In this document: positions 36,865-51,211 of the stretch, piece after piece
Numbering within the stretch: the first letter of the stretch is position 1
How the letters are laid out: each line of letters opens with the position of its first letter
DNA from: Octopus vulgaris
Lineage: Eukaryota
NCBI GenBank assembly: GCA_951406725.2
Contig: OX597837.1
Span: 44,702,001-44,766,000, forward strand
DNA: 64,000 nt
Direction of reading: 5' to 3'
Made by a program: the position numbers and the translations under genes
Notes under the pieces: generated by a model
What the model saw: the letters and a program-made list of their open reading frames with translations, nothing else
What the model was told of the DNA's origin: nothing
The model's database searches: none

Positions 36865-38260
36865 TATATACGAGGGGCTTCTTTCAGTTTCTACCAAATC
36901 CACTCACAAGGCTTAGGTCGGCCCGAGGCTATAGTAGAAGGCACTTGCCCAAGGTGCCACGCAGTGGGACTGAGCCCGGAACCTTGTGGTTGTTAAGCAA
37001 GCTACTTACCACACAGCCACTCCTACGCCTACATGTGTATGAGTGTATACACATATGTATATATATATGTATGTATGTATGTATGTATGAATATATATAT
37101 GACTACATGAACCTGTATATAGATAATGTGCTTTCAAAATTAATACTAAGGTACAAATATTTGTGTACATTATGTATGTATTTATGTGTGTGAGTGTGTG
37201 TGAGTGTGTGTGTGTATGTATGTGTGCATATAAAGCAAAGAAAATACGAAACTTCCATGAATCAGTTGATATTACCCCACCCCTAATCAAATATTACGTT
37301 AAAATGAAATCTACTTATTTCATTATGATTAAAAAAATTACGTATAAATTACGTTTATTTTCAAGCAAACTCTAATAATCGATAGCACGGTTAGCTAATC
37401 GATACCCCTAATCGATATTAGTCATGAATTATGATCAGTTTATAGTTTGCTTTATTCTTTTGATCGTCCCGTTAGCAAGTGTTTTCTATAACACGGGGCT
37501 CTAATTAGTGCCTCTCTTCTTGATCTGAGCCACGTAAAAGTTGCCTTACTTTTAAATCTCTTGCATTCAACTTGTGACTTAATGATCTACCTTCAATTCT
37601 TAATAGGGGTTCTGGTCTGGAGACTATCCAAAAATCTCTCTTTCATGGTCTTCGAGATACCTTTTGGAAAAACTTGGCAAGACGTGCAGTAACATTTACA
37701 TTTTGATATATTGCCAATCTGGAATCAATATGCCGATATATATATATAGGCAATAATATTCTTCGGTTACAAGATTTCTGCTTCTTTTGCAATACCGGAC
37801 GCTGATACATTCAATGTAGAATATGAATGGTCCGGCAACTTGATTAGTTTAAACATAACATTCCGATACCATTAAGATGCCGCCGCTTCCAAAACCTTTT
37901 GCAGAATCTTTCTTTTGGTTTTATTAATTCATCCGAATATTTTGCGAGACATTTAACCTACATTGATGTTTCGGCGGTGGTGGTCGTGGTGGTGTTGGTG
38001 TTGGTGGCTGTTTTGGTCCCAGGTCAGCTCAAATCGATGAAACATGATCAAAGACATCTCACATATAAACATCGTAACATTTATTCAGACATGATGCATC
38101 GAGAATTACATTTATTCCACACATCTTTCTATTTTATGTAAGACCTAGGGCACTTTTTCAACATCTGGTTGATATTTCTAGCAGATTTAAGAAGACGTAG
38201 ATGATCCGGGGTTAGCTTGAATTTGGTTATATTATATTTTCACTGTTGGTGAACGAGCTG

Positions 38261-38334
<74 letters not shown>

Positions 38335-38364
38335 CATACATACGTACGTACATACATACATACA

Positions 38365-38397
<33 letters not shown>

Positions 38398-38424
38398 GTG
38401 TGTGGCAGTGATACTTTGGAAAAG

Positions 38425-38481
<57 letters not shown>

Positions 38482-39192
38482 CTTAAGATATTAATCACCT
38501 GAAAATCTTCCAATCTTGTATACATCAACAAATGCTTCTGCATATATATATGTATGTATGTACGTATGTATGTATGTATGTATGTATGTATGTATGTATG
38601 TATGTATGTATGTATGTATGTATGTATGTATGTATGTATGTATGTATGTATGTATGTATGTATGTATGTATGTATGTATGTATGTATGTATGTATGTATG
38701 TATGTACGTATGTATATCGTATGTATGTATGGAGAAAAAATTGTTATAGTCAATGGGTATGAAAAAGTGATGAACGACTGGAAACTACCAATAATTAAAA
38801 CCAAAACAATATAGAGAGAGATAAAGATAACAGATTTTGAGATAAACGGAGAACCGAAACCATCAACATTCTGAAAGGTCAGCGAGTACGTTTGGTCAGA
38901 TAAAATAATTAATTCACTGAAACTAAACGAAAGTGGAGAGGATGAATACAACTAATCTGTGCTGTACTGAAGAAAACCGATGTTGGGTGTGTTTAGGTCT
39001 CCGTAACCTAGCAATTCGGCAAAAGAGACCGATAGAATAAGTACTAGGCTTACAAAGAATAAGTCGACTAAATGCGGTGCTCCAGCATGGTCACAGTCAA
39101 ATGAGTGAAACAAGTAAAAGAATAAAAGATAGATAGATAGATATAAATATAGATAGATTAATTGATAAAGACATACATATCTATCATCTCCC

Positions 39193-39240
<48 letters not shown>

Positions 39241-39282
39241 CATTTATGTATGTATGTATATTTATATATATATATATATATA

Positions 39283-39339
<57 letters not shown>

Positions 39340-39808
39340 CACATACATACATGCACAGCAAGAGATGCAAATGAGGGTAGCTATATCAAACTCCATGCTT
39401 CACCAAGTGCCACATATTAGAGGAGGCTCTTAGTAATAACAGTGTAGCAAAAGGGCGGTGCATCAGCATAGCCACAGCTCTGAGCTGAAACAAGAAGAAT
39501 ATATATATATATATATATATATATAACTTGAGTGGCACGTGTGCCGCAAGTGGTAATCACATGATGAAACTAACGCAATGGTAGCGTGGCAGGACAGAAC
39601 ACGAAACATATGCATGTACACACTTCGATATTCACTTCCATTACATTATTATTTTTGACATAATAGCATATGAAATTAATTATGGAAATTTCTTTGAACG
39701 TCCATCTGCTCACTGGTCAATTGTACTTCTGGTCATTCTTCTGATGAGACTATGACGTAGATTATCATTGGACAGATCAAAGATGTCAGATGATAAAGAG
39801 ATATAGGG

Positions 39809-39889
<81 letters not shown>

Positions 39890-39917
39890 TCGTAGGAAAG
39901 GAGATACAGACAAGTGG

Positions 39918-39961
<44 letters not shown>

Positions 39962-40135
39962 GTATATGTGTGTGTGTGTCTCTATAAATATAATAGAGAT
40001 AGAGATAGGGAGATAAAGCGTTAGTTACTAACAGAAAATATTGATTGATATAAGTGTACAAAGGGATGAATAGTTATATAAATACATCGAAGTATAGTTA
40101 GACAGGTAAATGAATAAATAGACAGACAGACAGAC

Positions 40136-40273
<138 letters not shown>

Positions 40274-40378
40274 ATAAAGACAGATAGGTAGATAGACGGA
40301 CAGTTAGATACGTTGATGTATATATATATATATACATATATCATAGATAGATAGATATACTGACAGATAAATGCGTTG

Positions 40379-40435
<57 letters not shown>

Positions 40436-40928
40436 CATACATACATAGGTAGATAGATCGATAGATAGATAGACAGATAGACATGATAATGGTCACTGAT
40501 ACCAAATATTAAAAATTCATCAGCTAAAGATGTTACCAGAGAAATTATAAGGTGTAAACGGATGGTGCTGATTTGTATCGGGTGGTGTTATTTAATCATT
40601 TATTTGTTATTCACACTTCTATCTCTCTATTACACCCGGGTATTCGATTCTCATCTCTTTGACTAATTTTGACTAAAATTCCCAGCGAGTGAATTTTAAA
40701 ACCAATCTGGCACTTTTAGATTCTTTGTGGAAACTGTTGATGGAACTTAAACACACGCACAATGGCGCAGGCGTGGCTTCGTGGTAAAAAAGTTTGCTTC
40801 CCAGCCAAACGGTTCCGGTTTCAGTACCACTGCGTGGCACCATGGACAAATGTCTTCTAGTATAGATTCGAGCCAGAAATGCCCTCGTGAGTCGATGTGG
40901 TAGACGGAAACTGAAAGAAAGCCGTCGC

Positions 40929-41023
<95 letters not shown>

Positions 41024-41126
41024 AAGTTAATCCAAACATGAAAACACAAAGAGAAAACACAACAACGCAAGGACGTGGAACAAATATAGTGTTATTGGAC
41101 GCTCAGGAAGGAAGGAAAGAAGGAGA

Positions 41127-41161
41127 GTTTAACGTTTCGAGCGGAGCTCTTCGTCAGAAAC
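41127..41161 (-). ncRNA. Minimal type I hammerhead motif (Penelope-like pLTR type)
   Basis: GUUU-CUGACGA-A-GAGC(UCC)GCUC-GAAAC-GUU-AAAC: stems I and II are paired and the core is intact; stem III is reduced to the palindrome AACGUU. Confidence 0.6.
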
Positions 41162-41269
41162 ATAGGAAAAGGAAAGATCCAGAGAAGGGAAGACGGAGGA
41201 AAAAAAATATATACACACATATATAAATGTGTGTGTATTTGTCCCACCACCACCACCACTGCTTGACAC

Positions 41270-41712
41270 ACACAATAGTCAAGGGGGTTGCAGTCTGGTG
41301 AGTAAGGTGGCCAGACATTGGGTCTTCCAGCAGCAAACCTCTTGACCTAGGTCGGCACTACCTCCTCCAGGCACTTGATGTAGGCCTCCTTGTTGAGTGT
41401 GAGGCCGTGTGGAAAGATGGATGGAGGCACAACGTTGCCATCATTAGTGATCACTCCAAACACCATGATGCTGACCAGATGGTTGATTTTTATCACTCCC
41501 GGTGCTAGTGCCAAACTGTACAACATATCGTTTCCAAATTTCTGGCTGAGTGAATTGCATCACGGTGCTGATTTTTTTTGCACTACTGACCCTACTATAC
41601 TGTATAGTTGACAAAATAAAAAACAAACAATGCGCATGCACGAAATTTAAAGTATACAATGGCGACAATTTACCAATCGCACACAATGCCATAAACTCCA
41701 TACCGCCCTGAT
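41270..41712 (-). mobile_element. Tc1/mariner-superfamily (maT/DD37D-like) transposase relic with internal deletions
   Basis: HLVSIMVFGVITNDGNVVPPSIFPHGLTLNKEAYIKCLEEVV..AAGRP|NVWPPYSPDCNPLDY; CAGGG terminus at ~41710. Confidence 0.75.
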
Positions 41713-42803
41713 TACCAATAGGAAAGTGGAAGTGTCTTTAGCTGTTTCTAATTTTGGAACAAACTTAGTAAGGGTATAGGGTGATGTCAATTATATTGAC
41801 CCCTCACCCCAGAGCTCAACTGGTACACTGGTGCTTTTTCTCGACTTCGAAAAGATGAAGGCTAAAGTTGCCCTCAACGGAATTTGCCGGCGCACCGCCT
41901 CGAAGAACGAAACTGCTCTAGTATTGTCTTTTAAAGCCCGGTACTTATTCTATCGGCCTGTTTTACCAAACCGCTAAGTTATGTGAACGTAAACCCAGTG
42001 ACACGGGTTGAAAAGCTATGTAAGTATGTGTATATAAGGCGGCGAACTATCAGAATTGTTAGCATGCTGGGCAAAATTCTTAGCGGCTTTTCGTCCGTCC
42101 TTGTGTTAGGGGTTCAAATTCTGCTGGGGTAGACTTTGCCTTTTTGGAGTCGATAGAATAAATACCAGTTGAAAACTGGGGTCAGTGTAATCGACCTAAA
42201 TTCTTGCCAAAATTGCTGGCCTTGTGGCAAAATTTGAAACCATTATATTATGAGGCGGTAAGCAGGCAGATTCGTTTGCTCGTCGGACAAAATACTCAGC
42301 AACATTTCTTTAAGCTTTATGTTCTGAGTTCAAATTCTGCCGATGGCAACTTTGCCCTTCATCCTTTCGAAGTCGAGATAAAACACCATTTGAGCACTGG
42401 AGAGAGAGGAATCAATAAAATCAACATCACCCGGATCTCAAAACTGTCATCTTTGTTCCAGAATTGGAAAGAATAAAAGACAGTTCCATGTACCAATTGG
42501 CAATTAGGACAGTAAGGGGTTTATGGCATCGTAATTTGATTTGCCAAAGAATCCGTCTCCTGTATTGGGATGATATCAATTCATTGTATGGTAATTTCTT
42601 CTGTAGAATTCTTCATCCATGTTTATTTGTTGCTTCTTTGGTAATCGATGCCAACTCCCACCAGTTTCGAATTGATTCCCATAATATTCCTTCATTTGTC
42701 ATTCTTGGAATAATACAAGAAATGATTAGTGTCAGCGTTTTATGGCATTTCTTTACACCCACCCATTGCAGTAATGTGTTTCGACATTTCATACACAGAC
42801 GCA

Positions 42804-42857
<54 letters not shown>

Positions 42858-43076
42858 ACTAGATAGATAGGTAGATATATGTATATATGTACGTGTACGT
42901 ATACATGTATATACATGTATATATATATATATATAAAGAAAGATATATAGATTGATGTTTGTACGTATGCATTTGTATGTATATCTATATATATGTGTAT
43001 AATATCGATATATATGTGTATTATATATATATATATATTTATAATTATATATATATATATTAATATATACATGTAT

Positions 43077-43118
<42 letters not shown>

Positions 43119-43149
43119 TTATAAATATATATATATTTATATATACGTC

Positions 43150-43180
<31 letters not shown>

Positions 43181-43689
43181 TAAATATATATGTACATTGG
43201 CATTTGCATGTACGTATGTATATCTATATATATGTGTATTATATATATATATATATTTATAAATATATGTACATTGGCATTTGCATGTAAGTATGTATGT
43301 ATGCATGTATGTATATGTATATTTATATCTATATACGCATCTATCTGTTTCTTCTTTTTTTCTTCATTTCCTAATTACGTTAATTCATTCCAGTATTTAT
43401 TTATTCATTGCAGTAATCTTTATTTTTTATTTTTGTTTTTTATTTTTTTTTTCTGCCAGCTACAGCCAAATGTAATTTATTCAAATTATATTCATTAGCT
43501 TTCTCCAGTCGCCACCTCCTTCGAACTACACCCCCACCCCACCGCCGCCCCTTCCCGACTCCCGATTCTTGATGGTTATTATTACAAACCAACAAACCAC
43601 TGCGATCAAAAAATTGGCCTCGCACTAAGCGCTGTCATCTGTGGTGAACACCTAAAACCAACCACAGACAACACCACCGCCAAAAGCAT

Positions 43690-44400
43690 CACAACCACCA
43701 CCACCACACCCCACCATCACCACCACCACCTCCTCCTCCACCATCAGCACCATCACCACCACCACCACCACCACCACCACCACCACCACCACCACCACCA
43801 ACACCACTACCATCACCACCACCACCACCGCTACCACCACCACCACCCACCACACCACCACCACCACCACCACCACCACCACCACCACCACCACTACCAT
43901 CACCACCACCACCACCGCTACCACCACCACCACCACCACTACCATCACCACCACCACCACCACTACCATCACCATCACCACCACCACCACCACTACCATC
44001 ACCATCACCACCACCACTACCACCACAACAACCACTTCCTTCACCATCAGCACCACCACCACCACTACCACCACCACCACCACCACCACTACCATCACGA
44101 CCACCACCACCACCACCACCACCACTACCATCACCACCACCGCTACCACCACAACAACCACCCCCTCCACCATCACCACCACCACTACCACCACCACCAC
44201 TACCATCACCACCACCACTACCACCACAACAACCACCTCCTCCACCATCACCACCACTATCACCACCACCACAACCATCACCACCACCTCCACCACTACC
44301 ACCACCACCACCACCACCACCACCACCACCACAACCACTACCACCACCACCAACACCAACACCAACACCTCCTCCTCCACCATCAGCACCACCAACGCCA
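43690..44400. repeat. Long imperfect (ACC)n trinucleotide array
   Basis: About 700 bp of CAC/CAT/TAC triplets; it generates the spurious poly-Val ORF 43652..44569(-). Confidence 0.95.
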
Positions 44401-44525
44401 CCAATACGACATGCGGCACGACCATGACCACTACGACCACCAACACGGCCGCGCCCAATGTTACGACGACCACCAACGCCACCGCCAAAGCCAGCATCAC
44501 TACCTCTAGTGGACTAATATTGCTG

Positions 44526-44556
<31 letters not shown>

Positions 44557-44757
44557 CACTACTCCCCACCCACGTGTGTATATATATATATATTATGAAT
44601 GGCGGTGCCCCAGCATGGCCACAGCTCGTGAGCTGAAACTAGATGAAATGAAATGAAAAAATATATATGTGTGTGTACTCATATTTACATCTATCTATCT
44701 ATCTATCTGTCTGTCTATGCATATGTACAAGACACACACCTACATACATACATTCAT

Positions 44758-44812
<55 letters not shown>

Positions 44813-44822
44813 TTAGCTGCTG

Positions 44823-44868
<46 letters not shown>

Positions 44869-45180
44869 AACTACTAACACTGCTACTGCTACGACTACCA
44901 CTTGGGGATTAGACTAAAAATAATTTGAACACGCAATTTATCCATTCCCCGCACATCTATTTGCATAAATTATGCAACTAGCATTATCTAGAGCACACGT
45001 AGTTATTAACTTGGACAAACTATCGGACACAATAAGCTTAATGACCTTCTGTAAAACCACTAAAATATATGAGGAGTATCTATTATACAAACGTTGAACC
45101 CCACCCACGTCGATATATATATGTGTGTTTGTGTGTGTGCGTGTGTGTATGTGTGTGTGTACGTACGTACTAATATTTAC

Positions 45181-45230
<50 letters not shown>

Positions 45231-45396
45231 ATATCTATGCATACGTACATAAATAGACACATACCTACATACAGACATTCATATACACACATATATACAT
45301 GCCCACAAACCTAAATACCACTTGTTTGTAAGAGGGTCATTAAAAGTTAATAGATGTGTGCGTGTATGTGTGCGTATATATATATGTGTATATATG

Positions 45397-45456
<60 letters not shown>

Positions 45457-45700
45457 TACAAAAATGGGACAAGAACGCAAAACATCCAAAGAATTAGGAG
45501 ATACAAAAAAGGGACAACAAAACATCCAGGCATACGATACAAAGATAAGAAGAACGGGTCATTCGGAGAATTCTTTCCTCAGTCGAGTTCCAGATTATCT
45601 TTGCAATTTCGGCTGGTTATACCCGAGATTGCTCCAATCTGCCCAGCCCCAAGGAAAAACTATGCTAAGAGCATTAGATTCCTTACGTACACTTTAGTCT

Positions 45701-45764
<64 letters not shown>

Positions 45765-46930
45765 ATACGGAGATGTACATAGCAATTGACCTGGTCTGAG
45801 ATCGTGTGCTGGAACGAAAATAATTGTAGCGCAGAAAGTGTTTATAAGCCATTTAAAAACACAAAAAGCCCCCGTTAGATTCACTTCAACATTTAAATCT
45901 AATTTGCCAAAATATTTTCGTCCAACGTGGATTAGATGAAACAAAGGCGACTGAAGAAGGAGAATTTTCCTTGCATTGTATGTCCTGTACTTGTTTAAGA
46001 AATATGTCTATTTCCTTGGTTTTGTGTTTATGTTTTCGCTTCTAATGGTGTTTGACGTTTTTTTGGTGTCCTGTACCCATATATGCATGTATATATACAT
46101 GTTGAGGTAGGTACGTACATATATGTATATATATATGCATATGTTTTATTTTATTTATTAATTTATTATATATCTATCTATCTATCTATCTATTTATCTA
46201 CCTACCTACCTACCTACCTACCTACCTACCTACCTACCTACCTACCTACCTACCTATCTATCTATCTATCTATCTATGAATCTATCTATCTACCTGTTTG
46301 TCTGTTTGTTTATGTGTCTGTCTGCCTGTCTGTCTGTACACATACATACAAACATACATACATGCATGCACATACATACATACATACATACATACATACA
46401 TACATACATACATACATACATACATACATAGATGCATACACACACACACTCACACACATATATGTATTTCATTGAATGTTACACACATAGAAAACACTGC
46501 CCCGCACGCACGTATAAATATATAATATTGTCTCAAATTCCCCAAAATGTTTAAAATGATATTAATAATTGAGTTAATGTTTCCTTCACAACGTAATTAT
46601 TTCTAATTTGAATTTATGAATATCTCTCTATGAAATACATTAACGCGGGCTTAACTATTATTTCTCATGAAATATTTTGTCTGGGAGATTAATTTCAGTG
46701 TTTTATTTTTTAAAATATGATAATTATCCACACCTCGCCTATTGATATATAATATCGTATCTACTCAGTGGCTCTCTCATCGTTACGCTGCCAAGATAAT
46801 GGTGCGCTAAGGTCTATGACCGAAATATGGTCATAAAAAGTGTTCCTCCCTTTTTTTCAGCCATTTCACTGCAGCTATGCTGTTTGTGTCTGTCTGCCTG
46901 TCTATCTATCTGTCTCTTTCTTTCTCTCTT

Positions 46931-47055
<125 letters not shown>

Positions 47056-47086
47056 GTATGTATATATATATATATATAAATATATG

Positions 47087-47158
<72 letters not shown>

Positions 47159-47311
47159 GATATATATATATATGTATGTATATATATGTGTGTGTTTGTG
47201 TAATTATATATATGCATGTATGTATTTATATAATTTTATATAATTATATAAATATGTATTATATATTTATATAACGTATGAAGGCATATATATGTATCTA
47301 TATGCATGTAC

Positions 47312-47362
<51 letters not shown>

Positions 47363-48451
47363 TATGTGTATACACAGACACATACGCACGCACACACACA
47401 CATACGCACGCACACACACACTTGCACCCATGTACGCGCGAGCTCTTCCCTCCCACACATGTAACGTAAATAACATGGATTTTGAATTCGGGATGTTGCC
47501 TTGCAAATACTTAGAAATTCTCTAGAGCAATCGAGGTTCTAGCTAAACACATCGAATGATTTGGAACTACGGGAAATTATTTAAGACAAACCAATTACAC
47601 GGTATTTCACTCGATGGGTAAGCCCTGACTTCGCTTCTTTGGATTTTATGCAGTATACAAAGTGTATATTCAAGACAGAAATGTGAATGGAGAATATACA
47701 TACGTAAAAGTTTGTTTATTTCAGTATTACATACAACAGACGGCCATTCTCTGCAGCGAGCACGCCAACAGTAAACTACATTGATGAGTCCCAGAACAGA
47801 GATTCAAAGGCCTCTTTCAAGCCGGAATCAGCTCTAACACTTGATAAACAGAAGCCGCTGACCGTCCAACCTGGCGAAGAGCAATTCATTTCGGTTTTTC
47901 TATTTTCGAGAAGAGAACTGTCCGGCACTTTTGAGGGTAGAGAACAAGTCGACTGCATCGACCCTAGTATGTAGGTACTTTATACTATGGATAGCGAAAG
48001 AATGAAACGTAAAAGCTGGCTCTGACAAGTATTTTGTCCGACGTGTTAACGGTTTCTTATTTCTTTATTGCCCACAAGGGGCTAAACATAGAGGGGACAA
48101 ACAAGGACAGACAAAGGGTTTAAGTCGATTATATTGACCGCAGTGTGTAACTGGTACTTATTTAATCGACCCCGAAAGGATGAAAGGCAAAGTCGATCTC
48201 GGCGGAATTTGAACTCAGAATGTAGCGGCAGACGAAATACCGCTAAGCATTTCACCCGGCATGTTAACGGTTTTGTAAGCTCGCAGCCTTAGATGTGCAC
48301 TTTCTCGTATCGACGCATCAAAGGAGAAGCATGATAACGCCACTCTTTTAAACGAGTGGAGAGTCTAAGAGCGTCGAAAATAAATTCCTTGTGGTATTTG
48401 TTCTTTCTGTTTGCAACCCGTATTCAAATCCATCCGATGTATTTTTCAAAT

Positions 48452-48820
48452 ATTTTTTTAAAGTATTAACTTTATTTATCACAATTTAATTACTGGGAAA
48501 CAAAGAAATAGAAAAATAAAAAAAAGGGCGTAAGGTGGTGATTAAGGAGCAGAAGGTGGAGGCTCGCACACATGGCGTGTTCAGCCGCGCCCTGAGGTCA
48601 TGATTGCGATGGCATTGCCGTGGAGAATGGCCAGCGACACCGGTTGCGGCAGCTATTCAACCTCGAGGGTCTCATTTCTCAGGCAGGCCGCAGTTATCCC
48701 GATTTTGCGCAGGAATAACATAGTGCGGGGTCCGAGAAAACCTGAGGCCTCAACGGTGACCGGCACAAACTGATAGCGGTCGGTAGCAGCACATTGGGTT
48801 TTTTCAGCAGCGTTTATTCC
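48452..48820 (-). mobile_element. CRE-clade-like non-LTR retrotransposon 3' end (restriction-like endonuclease C-terminus)
   Basis: NAAEKT..DRYQFVPVTVEASGFLGPRTMLFLRKIG..E*LPQPVSLAILHGNAIAIMTSGRG* (TGA 48581-48583) resembles FVPxAVETxGxxG..QRxSxAIxRGNA; AATAAA and a short A tail follow. Confidence 0.7.
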
Positions 48821-49179
48821 GCTGCAAGGTATCGGAACAGAACTCGAGCTTCATCATAGCTTCTTTACATCTGTTTCGAGGGCCATGAAGACACACCATA
48901 AAGATCATTGGCACTGTCCTTCTTTCTACGAAAAACGATAGAAATAACAAAAAGTAAAGTAAAACACGTTTTGGTGGTTCTGCCAATACCGCGAATCCAT
49001 AAAAGCTAATAAATAATTATATAGTATGATGCTATGTGTTGGTAGATCTATTTTGGACTCTGTTGTTGTTTTTATTTGATAATCTGAAGAGATGGATAAA
49101 GGAGAGTGATTGTAATATTTGTAGAGTTTCTGAAGTTTAGAAATGTCTATATTTGATATTCAGTGTTGAGTGGAAATCA

Positions 49180-49820
49180 TGGAGAGAGGGAGAGCGAGAG
49201 GGGAGAGAGAAAGCGAAAGCGATAGGGATATATATATATAAAGAGAGGGAGAAAGAGAGAGAGAGGGGAGAGATTTGGGAGATAGGGGAGATAGGATAAG
49301 AGAAGCAAACAGATGTAGAAAGAGAAACGAAGAAGGAGAAGGTGAAGGAAAAAGAAGGAGAGTGATAGAGAGAGAAAGAAAGAGAGGAGAAGGAACAGGG
49401 AGGGAAAGAAAGAAAGAGAGAGAGAGAGGGAGAGAGAGAAATAGATAGACAGAGGCAGAAATAAATACACAGGAAGAGGCAGATTTTGAAAGAAATAGAG
49501 AGAGAAGCAGAGAGAGAGAGAGAGAGACAGAGAGACAGAGAGAGAGAAATAGAGAGTGAGAGAGAGAGAAGGACTATGAAGAAACAGAGAAAGAGCGAGA
49601 GAGGGAGAGAGAGAGAAAAAAAGAGAAGAGCCAGACGATAGAGAAAGTGGGAGGGTCAAGGAAAAAGACTGGGAGAGACAGGAGAGAGAAAATGAATGAG
49701 AGACAGACAGAGGCAGAAGAGAGATAAACAGAGAGAGAGATACATACACACAGACAGACAGACAGATACAGACAGACAGACAGAGATAGGGAGACAGAGA
49801 GAGGGAGAGAGAGAGAAAGA
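49180..49820. repeat. GA-rich low-complexity tract
   Basis: Degenerate (GA)n/(GACA)n. Confidence 0.9.
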
Positions 49821-50566
49821 GTGAGAGCTGATCAAGATGTTTATTATGATGAAGTCTTTTGGGGAAACGAATTTATTGAAGAGAATAGATTTAAGTGTGT
49901 TGTTCGTGTTTGCTTTGGGATTGTATAGAATAACCAAAGTTCAAAGAAACAGTTACTATTGGTGTGGTTCTTATTGGTATTGTTCTGGTTGTTGTTGTTG
50001 TAACTGTTGCTTGTGTTATTGGTTTTTATTTTGTTTTAGTGGGTTTTTTTTTTTTTTTGTTTTGTGCTGTGTTAAAAGTGTTTGGTGTTTTTTTGTTCCA
50101 CTGAAGAAGAGACATAAATACGGACCAATGACTGGAAAGAATCGGTGATTGAAAAACTTGTAATGAATTGAATCGAGGAAAACAGATTTTTTGGATACAA
50201 TCCAGAATAATGTATCGATTCCATTAGAGTACACTTATGCACATGCATGCGCGTCTCTACCCCGCCATATATATATATATATATATATACATATGTATGT
50301 ATATATATGTGTGTGTGTGGCGTGTGTGTGTGTGTGTGTGTTTATATATATATATATGTAAATGTGTATGTGTGTGTATATATAGGTATATATAGTTATA
50401 TATATATGTGTGTATATATATCTATATATATCTATATATGTATATGTATATATATGTACATATATATGTATGTGTGTATGTGTGTGTATATATAGGTATA
50501 TATAGTTATATATATATGTATGTGTGTATATATATGTATATATATATGTATATATGTATATGTATA

Positions 50567-50635
<69 letters not shown>

Positions 50636-50898
50636 AATTATGCAATTTTACTTACACAATAAATCATCAATGAGGTCATCAATGAGGTCCGTCATAAAAT
50701 ATAATTTGTCGAACTGCACGCCAGATATGAACACATATATATGTGCGTATGTGTGTGTTAATAAGTATAAGCACACACACACATATATACACACACACAA
50801 TTAAGGATATAGATGCAAAACACGGTGGAAAATATAGTGCACCTGTACAAAAAGTTAGCGTCGTATGCTATTTATTAAAGCTGAAAAAAATTCCCATA

Positions 50899-50940
50899 AA
50901 CTGTTACTCAGAGTTTCACGTGATCGTTCGTCAGACAGTT
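50899..50940 (-). ncRNA. Type I hammerhead ribozyme, apparently intact
   Basis: AACUGU-CUGACGA-ACG(AUCA)CGU-GAAA-CU(CUG)AG-UA^ACAGUU: 6-bp stem I, 3-bp stem II, 3-bp stem III, all core bases present, GUA cleavage triplet. Confidence 0.7.
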
Positions 50941-51130
50941 GTGATAATACTATTACAAATGTCTGATAATATTATCACGACTGCCTGAAGAACGGACACG
51001 AGAAACTATGAGCAAAAGTTTGTGAATAATTTTTTCAGCTTCAATAAATCAATATTGTATATATGTATGTATATATGTATGAATATATATTTATTTTTTA
51101 AAAATTTTATTTTTATCTAGTTTCAGCACC

Positions 51131-51207
<77 letters not shown>

Positions 51208-51211
<4 letters not shown>

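Noticed and set aside
38499-38537. Possible 39-nt minus-strand micro-exon ([13 protein letters not shown])
   Set aside because: AG/GT boundaries exist, but there is no polypyrimidine tract (upstream is TA repeat) and no recognisable protein.
43652-44569. 305-aa poly-Val ORF (poly-Thr/His/Pro on the other strand, mucin-like)
   Set aside because: Pure (ACC)n microsatellite with no stops by construction; no signal peptide, splice context or non-repetitive domain.
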